From assembly GCA_964016885.1 (NCBI GenBank), contig OZ024742.1, forward strand, positions 175,894,001 to 175,958,000: a stretch of 64,000 nt of DNA, read 5' to 3'. Numbering within the stretch: the stretch's first letter is position 1; every line of letters starts with the position of its first letter. Positions 56,284-64,000 of the stretch are shown here, one piece after another. The translations under genes and the position numbers were made by a program. The notes beneath the pieces are model-generated. The model searched no databases and was not told the DNA's origin. It was given only the letters and a program-made list of their open reading frames with translations. The DNA is from Eledone cirrhosa. Lineage: Eukaryota.

Positions 56284-58534
56284 ATAATGATGATGATAAT
56301 CTCTTTTATTGACCACAGGTGCACATGATAATAGAGACAATACAAGGATGAACAACAACACAAAATGGGATTTACATTAAATACAGAGAAGGAAAAATTG
56401 CAATAATACTTTCATTTATTGGCCACAAATGCTCACAGAATTGGGAACATTGCAGGAATGAAATAAAAAAAACTGATCCACAAACCATGAAACATTTATT
56501 AACAGTAAATAGACAAAAATCAACACAACCACTGTTTTATTTTAAACTGTGCCTCTTCCATATCTGGAATTCAAACAAATAAGTGTTTTAAGGAAATATT
56601 CCTTGCTGCAGTAGGGGTTAGTTTTCTGAGGGCACCCCATGATAGACTTCATACCCATCGTGTGTCCCTTTTGAAGCAATATTTTATAGCACGATGCCCT
56701 TTCTGTTGACAACTCTTAATCACTTTATGATACAGTTCACTGGTTCTAAACTGCACATAGACTGAGTATATTTAGAGATTGACTGTCAAAGGATATTTTT
56801 AGTAAGAATGTATAATTTTCTTATTTGACAAACAGTGAACCTGCATATGTGTATGTGTGAATGTTACTGTGAGAGATGTAGAGTTTTTTAAAATTCTTTC
56901 AGTATGAACTGAAACTTAGCTCAAGCTGTTTAACATGTTCAGTCTACAGAGAAAGACATAAGAACCATACATAAATACATCTTTTTCAGTTTTACAACGT
57001 TCCTTCTTTGTTCCCTCATTCAATGGAAGAAATCGGCTGTGTTCAGTTAGATCTAGAGAGGGATGAACTCTGCCTGGTTTAAAAATACCCAAGACATGCT
57101 GTATACTGTGATGGTTCCCCTAAGCACCCTCAACTATTAATGGACCATGACACATCATGGTGTTTACATACACATTTCTCACAGCTTTAGTTAAACTGTA
57201 CTGGTTCAATACAGATACAAATTAATAATGTCATTGTTTTTTCCATAAATGTTTTCTCAAAACCACTCAATAAACCTGTTTTAAAAAATACAAGGTTTTT
57301 CCATTTCTGAAAAAAGATATGGCTGTAAGCATTAGCATAGCTGATTTGGTTACATTTGTAAAGCCATTTATTTCTTTTCTATCATCTAATGGGTATTCTT
57401 CAGTTGAGTAGATGCCATTGCAAAGCAACTCAAACCAAAATCAGACCAAAATGTTCAAATAAAATTTAATAAAAGATTTCTTTTTATATATAAATATTAT
57501 TTGTCTTGTAAAATTGTTATATATGTTAAAAATATTAATTCAAAGCACATAAAATTATCAATCCAATTTTTTAAAGGTGTTAATATCCAAACAACATCAA
57601 GTCAAATATAAACAAACAAAATGCTCAATAGAATTCTTTTTGTTTTCTTCAGAACAATGAATAACAAAACTAAAAATGATGCTAGAATTAATTGAATAGA
57701 ACTCACTGGCATTGTAGATATGTATTCGTTGCAAAATAAAAAAAATCACATTTTAAAAAATCTTTGGAAAAACAACGGCCAACGACTATTGAAGAGTGAG
57801 GGCTGAAATAAACAGGTCTGCACATTCTGAACTTAATAATAATAATAATGATTTCTTTATTTATTCTAATAATAATAATAACAATAATAAGAAGAAGATG
57901 AAGAAAAAGACAAAGGAAAAAGAAAAAAAGTAAAAGATAAAAGAAAGAGATAAAGGGAAAGAAAGATAAAAAGTAAATGAAAAAGATAAAAAGGAAAAAT
58001 AAAGAAAAAATCTTTGGGCTCCATATCATTAATACAGAGGGTATCTAAAACAAATAAGGCTCAAATCAAAGACTACCTTTTTAGGTAATGTCCATATATC
58101 CAGGAAAGAGCTGTTTGTCTAAGGTCTTTTTTGAAACCCAACAGACAGTAGAAGATACAATATCATATTCACTGTGTAAACCATAAATAGCAATCATAAT
58201 TTCTACTTTTGACAAAAGGCTAGCATTTTGAAGGAAAGGAGAAGTCAATTACATCGACATTCAGTGCATTACTGGTACTTTACTTTATTGACCCCCACTA
58301 ACATTTGCAGGATTTGAACAGAGAATATAAAGGACAAGAACTAAATGATGCACAGCATTTTCTCCAACACTAATGATTCTGCTTTTCAACTAACAATAAT
58401 GGACTCTATTTTAGGCACATGGCAGTAATCTTTGAGGGGAGGGGAAATTCGATTACATCAACTTCAGAATGAAACGAGCTGGAAAAATAGTGATTTATTT
58501 ATTGATCACAGAAAATGATATATTCAAGTTAGTG

Positions 58535-59055
58535 AAGGCATGGGCTTAGTGGTTAGAGTGTTGGGTTCACGATTGAAGGGTTATGAGTTCTATTCCTGGA
58601 GCAGATGTGTTACATCCTAAACCCTTCAGCATTTAAAACGGCCATATCTGGCCAGAATTCTCTCACCTCTTTCTGTTCAAACAGTCCGAAATAAGTTGTT
58701 CATCCAACATTAAGGTATTGTTCTCAAAATAAATTATAACATCTCATAGATTCAATATTATTTTAGATAATTATGTGAGATAAAGCCTTTACTCTGAATA
58801 TACAATAGTAAATACAGAGTAATGTAAATGCTAAAGGCATGACACTTTATTTCACATTGTTCCAGTTCATTCAGCTGTAGAAATGCATTGTGATATCACT
58901 GGTGCCAAGCTGTATCGGCCATTGCTGAGACATTAGAAAAAAATCAGTGGCATGGAAAGAGGCGACTGATCTTCCACAAAAACCACTAGACTGGGATTGT
59001 GCCTTGGAGGGGAATTTTCTATGAACAAACCCATGGTCATTCATAACCAATGGCA
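58535..59055 (+). mobile_element. family C SINE interrupted by a MITE-like insertion (about 58618-58838)
   Basis: SINE head stops at GTGTTACATCC and resumes at GACACTTTATTTCAC; insert ends CCCTTCAGCATTTA / TAAATGCTAAAGG are inverted repeats with piggyBac-like CCCTT. Confidence 0.65.
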
Positions 59056-59387
59056 CCTATGATATATCTAAGTTAAATATGAATATTAGTGTAAAACTGA
59101 TACTTTCTGGCTGTGTAGTGTGTCCTGAGATCTATGCCCTAGGGGCTACCTAGTTGTCCTTAATGTTAGTGCCAACTGTGTCTCTTGCTGTTATGTAATA
59201 TCCATGTAGTAACTAGAAAGTATAGTTGTTCTCAGGAAGAGCATCCAGCTGGAAAAGTGTTCTCACCAAATAAATCAACTGAACAATCAATGTTACTGTA
59301 ACAAAAATAAACGAAAAAGATACAACTTTTAACTGATAACAGTAATATATTTATGTGTGTGAGTGTTTGCATATAAATATATCTGCT

Positions 59388-59423
<36 letters not shown>

Positions 59424-59486
59424 AATGTAAATGTGTGTGCATACATTTATATGTGCACATGTGTGGGTATCTGTATACATATATAT

Positions 59487-59540
<54 letters not shown>

Positions 59541-60255
59541 ATGATGGCGATGATAGAGATATAACACTGACACGTCACCATTCTCTAAGTTTTTTTCTAT
59601 GTATTTTCTGTTGAACATTTTTCAAAGACATCACAGTATGCTCCAGAGGATAAATGTTGAATTTTATGATTTTAACATATTCTGGAACATTGATTTATTT
59701 TTGGTTTGTTTTAGCAATGTGTAAGATATATTTTTTTATATATATATTTCTAATATCACCTCATATATGGCTTCACTTATTTAGTTTTATGATCCAAGAA
59801 TCCTGTGTGATGTTCTAATAATTTTATGTCACGTACAGTTTAGTGAAGTCATCATCGCCATCCTCATTTCCAAATCAGCTTTTTTTCCAATGCTAGCACG
59901 GGTTGGACAATACATTTTGGGGCAATATTTTACAGCAAGATGCTTTTTTTGATCAATTATTTATGTCTTTTCTTTTTTGTTTAGAGATTAGTTAGTTATT
60001 CTCTTTAATATCCTGTAATGATTTGACCAAATATCTATAAATTATTTTGTTAATTCTGTTGTTTATATCATCTTTACTACTTGACAGATCATTGTGGATA
60101 GTTGTAGTATTAGAGTATAGACTTTGATTTTTAATTTGATGCTCATCAGGTTCCACGTGGTACAGGAATTTAAGTATTAAAGTAAGGTATTTAAGCTAAA
60201 ATCATCACACATCAAACTAGAGTGCAGCAGACATATGTCACAAATTGTTCAAACA

Positions 60256-60323
60256 GTGATAATGTGAACATACTTTGAGATAAACATAATGTGATAATGT
60301 GAACATACTTTGAGATAAACATA
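60256..60323. repeat. 35-bp-period tandem duplication
   Basis: GTGATAATGTGAACATACTTTGAGATAAACATA occurs twice. Confidence 0.9.
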
Positions 60324-61365
60324 CATACCAGTGTTGCACCAAGTAATCATCTGTTATTCAGTGTATATATTGACCATTTTGCCAATTAATTGGTCATTAG
60401 TATTTTGGAGCATGAAAACCATGTGTGGTAGGAAAATTCAGAACACATATTGGATTCAACATGTATAAACATAAGAAACATTATTTCTTAGGATACATTT
60501 TTGAATCCACTAATGTATTATACCTATATTTTGAATGCATTGATCTACATACACAACTTGAGATACCCAGGGGGCATAACTCCTATAGGATAAAGAGTGT
60601 TAAATAGAAAAGCTGTTACTACTCACCTCAGAGGTTATGTGTTTAATTTATCTTTTGAAAAAGAATAAAAAAAATATAAAGATTCTGTGTACATGTTTAT
60701 TTTTATGTATTTAAAAATTTTCAAGCAATAATTATTTCTGTCATCTTAAGTTGTTTATGCAAAAAATAAAATGTAATAATCATATTTAAGAACTCATAAA
60801 TTATAAAGTAAAAGTAGGAAAATTCTCCATTTTTAGAGCATAACTGATTTCCTGCAGGCTTGAACATATTACCTAAGATAAAAGAAGCCTAATTTTATCA
60901 TCAAATATTCTCAAATAGTAGCTCGATAATTGTGATTAATTATGAAATATTTTATTACAGTAAATTATAATATGCATTTATGTATCACAATATATAAATA
61001 AATGATAGATAATACACAGCCAATTAATTGGCATCAGCCAATAAGGCAAAGCTGATTAATCAGTAATTAACCAAGTTGTTTATTGGTACAACGCTAACAT
61101 AGATTTTCCTTTTTGTTGTTTCATCTAATTTTACCTCATTTATGCTTTACTTCTTTAGTTTTAGAATCCTGTCTGATATGTCTTGGTCACGTACAGTTTA
61201 TTGAAGTCATTATCAATTTAAAGTTTGCTTATTGTAATTGGTAACATGGGTTAGACAAGATTTTCGAGGTAATATTCTACAGCCAGATGCTCTTCCTGAT
61301 CAACTCTTTATTTTGTGGGAAGACAGTGAGTTATCTATGAAATTGTAATAATTTAACAGTAAATA

Positions 61366-61703
61366 TCATCATGATCATCATTTTACGTCCGCTTTTCCAT
61401 GCTTGCAAGGGTGGGACGGGAACTGATTCTGGCTTGATTTCTACAGCTGGATGCCCTTCCTAACACCAACCTCATTTACAGTGAGTACTGGGTTCCTTTT
61501 TTCTGTGGCGCCTACACAACCAATTTACAGTGGAATGATAGGGACCCCTGTTCTATCATCTCATTTCTACAGCTGAGTAAACTGGAGCAATGTGAAATAA
61601 AGTGTCTTGCTCAGGAAACAACACATCACCCGGTCTGAGAATTGAACTCACAACCTTTCGATTGCAAGGCCAATGCTCTAACCACTAAGCCATGTGCCTC
61701 CAT
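61366..61703 (-). mobile_element. family B tRNA-derived SINE with RTE tail
   Basis: Full-length reverse-complement relative of 6322-6660. Confidence 0.85.
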
Positions 61704-62974
61704 GTGTTTGTTAATTCAAATGGTTAAAGAAACTTAACTCATCTGTAGATCAAGACAAATTGCAATAATAGAATAAAGATATCAATTGCATATGTGGTGC
61801 AGTCATATGTGGTGCCAATATGTACTTTCCAAGAATGCTTTGCTTATGTAGTTTCATGTGATACAGGACACTAAGAGTTATAGTATAGTGTTTATATTAC
61901 AATCTTTAGTGGGCCAACCCCCATGATTTCTAAGCAAACTTCTTAAACATTCAATCATACTTGAATTCATATATATGGTGCCGCTGCCATAATGAAATGC
62001 ACCCAGTGTACTCTGTAAAGTGGTTGATGTTAGGAACTCAATTCAACCATAGAAACCATGCCACATAATGTTGAGAACACTATATTCACAAAATGTACAT
62101 AACTTTTTTAGTGATAGTGCAACAATGAAATGCACCTATTGTACTCTAAAGTGGTTGGTAACAGAAAGGGCCTTCAGTTGTAGTTACTATACCAAAATTA
62201 AGACATATGTAAGTCCAATGTTGGTGCCATGCCTGTCTGGGAGAAAAGTAGCAACAAATACAGGGTTAGTCTGTGACAACCCATGCAACCCCCACTAATA
62301 TGGAAAAATAAATATAAAAGAATGGTGGTGATGATGATAATGAATGTGATAATATTGAGGAGAAATAAATGAAAGCCATTTTAGCCCCTTAATTTTCCTA
62401 GTATAGCTAAATTACTATTTCTTGCAGAAAACCTCTATTGAATAACATTTGAAACACTGACCAGCAGTTCTATTTGTTATAAATACATTCAAATATATTT
62501 GCCAATATATTCTAGAAAGCTTAATTAAAGGAGTAATTTATAAAAATCATAGCACTTCATTCTTGAACCTTCACCTCTATCTATACCATTAATTTTTTAA
62601 ACCATTAATCAAAGCTATTTTGAGTTGGAGCCAAAAGCTTCTGGACTAATTGACAAGAGTTTTACCTACTTGTCTGTGGTGCTAAACTTTGGCCTTATTC
62701 ATGAGCAGACTATTCCAAGAAACACTCACACTCTAGTTCTAATGATTAATGGTTAGTAAATTTTGTTTCATCAACTCTTGTCCCTTCATTAAATGAAGAG
62801 TAAGGCTGTGTAGCTAAGGAATTTGCTTCCCAAGTATCCAATTTCAGGTTCAATCCCACTCCATTGTACCTTGGATACCTTGAGCAAGTATGTTCAGCTA
62901 TAGACATTGGGTATGCCAGTGTCTTGTGTTTGAATTTTTGTAAACTGATACTGTATAGAAACCTGTCATGTGTA

Positions 62975-63905
62975 CATGTGAGAGAAAGTGTGAGAGAGAG
63001 AAAGTGTGTGTGTGAGAGAGTGTGTGTGTGAGAGAGTGTGTGTGTGAGAGAGAGTGTGTGTGTGAGAGAGAGAGTGTGTGAGAGAGAGAGTGTGTGTGAG
63101 AGAGAGTGTGAGAGAGTGTGTGTGAGGGAGAGTGTGTGTGAGACAGAGAGTGTGTGAGAGAGAGAGAGTGTGTGTGTGTGTGTGAGAGAGAGTGTGTGTG
63201 AGAGAGAGAGTGTGTGTGAGAGAGAGTGTGTGTGAAAGAGAGTGCGTGTGTGAGAGAGAGAGTGTGGGAGAGAGTGTGGGAGAGAGAGAGTGTGGGAGAG
63301 AGTGTGGGAGAGAGAGTGCGTGTGTGTGAGAGAGAGAGTATGTGAGAGAGAGAGAGAGTGTGTGTGAGAGAGAGTGTGTGAGAGAGAGAGTGTGTGTGAG
63401 AGAGAGTGTGTGTGAGAGAGAGTGTGTGAGAGAGAGAGTGTGTGAGAGAGAGTGTGTGAGAGAGAGTGTGTGTGTGTGAGAGAGAGTGTGTGTGTGTGAG
63501 AGAGAGTGTGTGTGAGAGAGAGTGTGTGTGTGAGAGAGAGTGTGTGTGTGAGAGAGAGTGTGTGTGAGAGAGAGAGTGTGTGTGGGAGAGAGAGTGTGTG
63601 TGTGTGTGAGAGAGTGTGTGTGTGAGAGAGAGTGTGTGAGAGAGAGTGTGTGTGAGAGAGAGATAGTGTGTGTGTGTGAGAGAAAGTGTGTGTGAGAGAG
63701 AGTATGTGTGAGAGAGAGTGTGTGTGAGAGAGAGTGCGTGTGTGAGAGAGAGTGTGTGTGAGAGAGAGTGCATGTGTGAGAGAGAGAGAGTGTGGGAGAG
63801 AGTGTGTGAGAGAGAGTGCGTGTGTGTGAGAGAGAGAGTGTGTGTGTGAGAGAGAGTGTGTGAGAGAGAGTGTGTGTGTGAGAGAGTGTGTGAAAGAGAG
63901 CGTGT
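62975..63905. repeat. compound (GA)n(GT)n microsatellite
   Basis: Direct observation. Confidence 0.95.
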
Positions 63906-64000
63906 GAGTATCAATGTGAATGTTACAGCGTGTAAGAGTGTAAGTGTGTGAGAACGCATGCGTGAGTGAGTGTGCATAAGTGTGAGTGCATGAGTATATG

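Noticed and set aside
57703-58029. 108-aa Phe-rich ORF as a host exon
   Set aside because: Derived from low-complexity A-rich and (AAT)n sequence; no recognisable domain
62898-63977. 359-aa His/Thr/Leu/Ser-rich ORF
   Set aside because: Translation of the (GA)(GT) compound microsatellite

Overview
AT-rich animal genomic DNA, almost entirely repeat-derived. The SINE/RTE repertoire and the huge (TA)n/(TACA)n tracts suggest an octopus or other cephalopod (inference). No host protein-coding exon could be supported. The flanks (1-21.5 kb and 53.7-64 kb) hold old debris: a mariner relic, a Helitron-like element, many tRNA-derived SINEs and RTE fragments. The centre (about 21.5-53.7 kb) is a nest of retroelements inserted into TA microsatellites: three 5'-truncated Penelope-like elements with GIY-YIG remnants and inverted terminal copies, two R4/Dong-like LINEs, a near-intact CR1-group ORF2 with a near-identical inverted copy, an RTE, and short RTE derivatives. 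Reading by hand shows eight type I hammerhead ribozyme motifs with canonical or near-canonical cores plus three degenerate ones. The best candidate for an undescribed system is a non-coding 523-bp tandem unit (21.6-22.9 kb) in which each copy carries a 129-nt hammerhead with an unusually long stem III, i.e. a retrozyme-like element that could yield a self-cleaved, possibly circular 523-nt RNA. All RNA folds were paired by eye and none is tested. Boundaries of old repeats are approximate.
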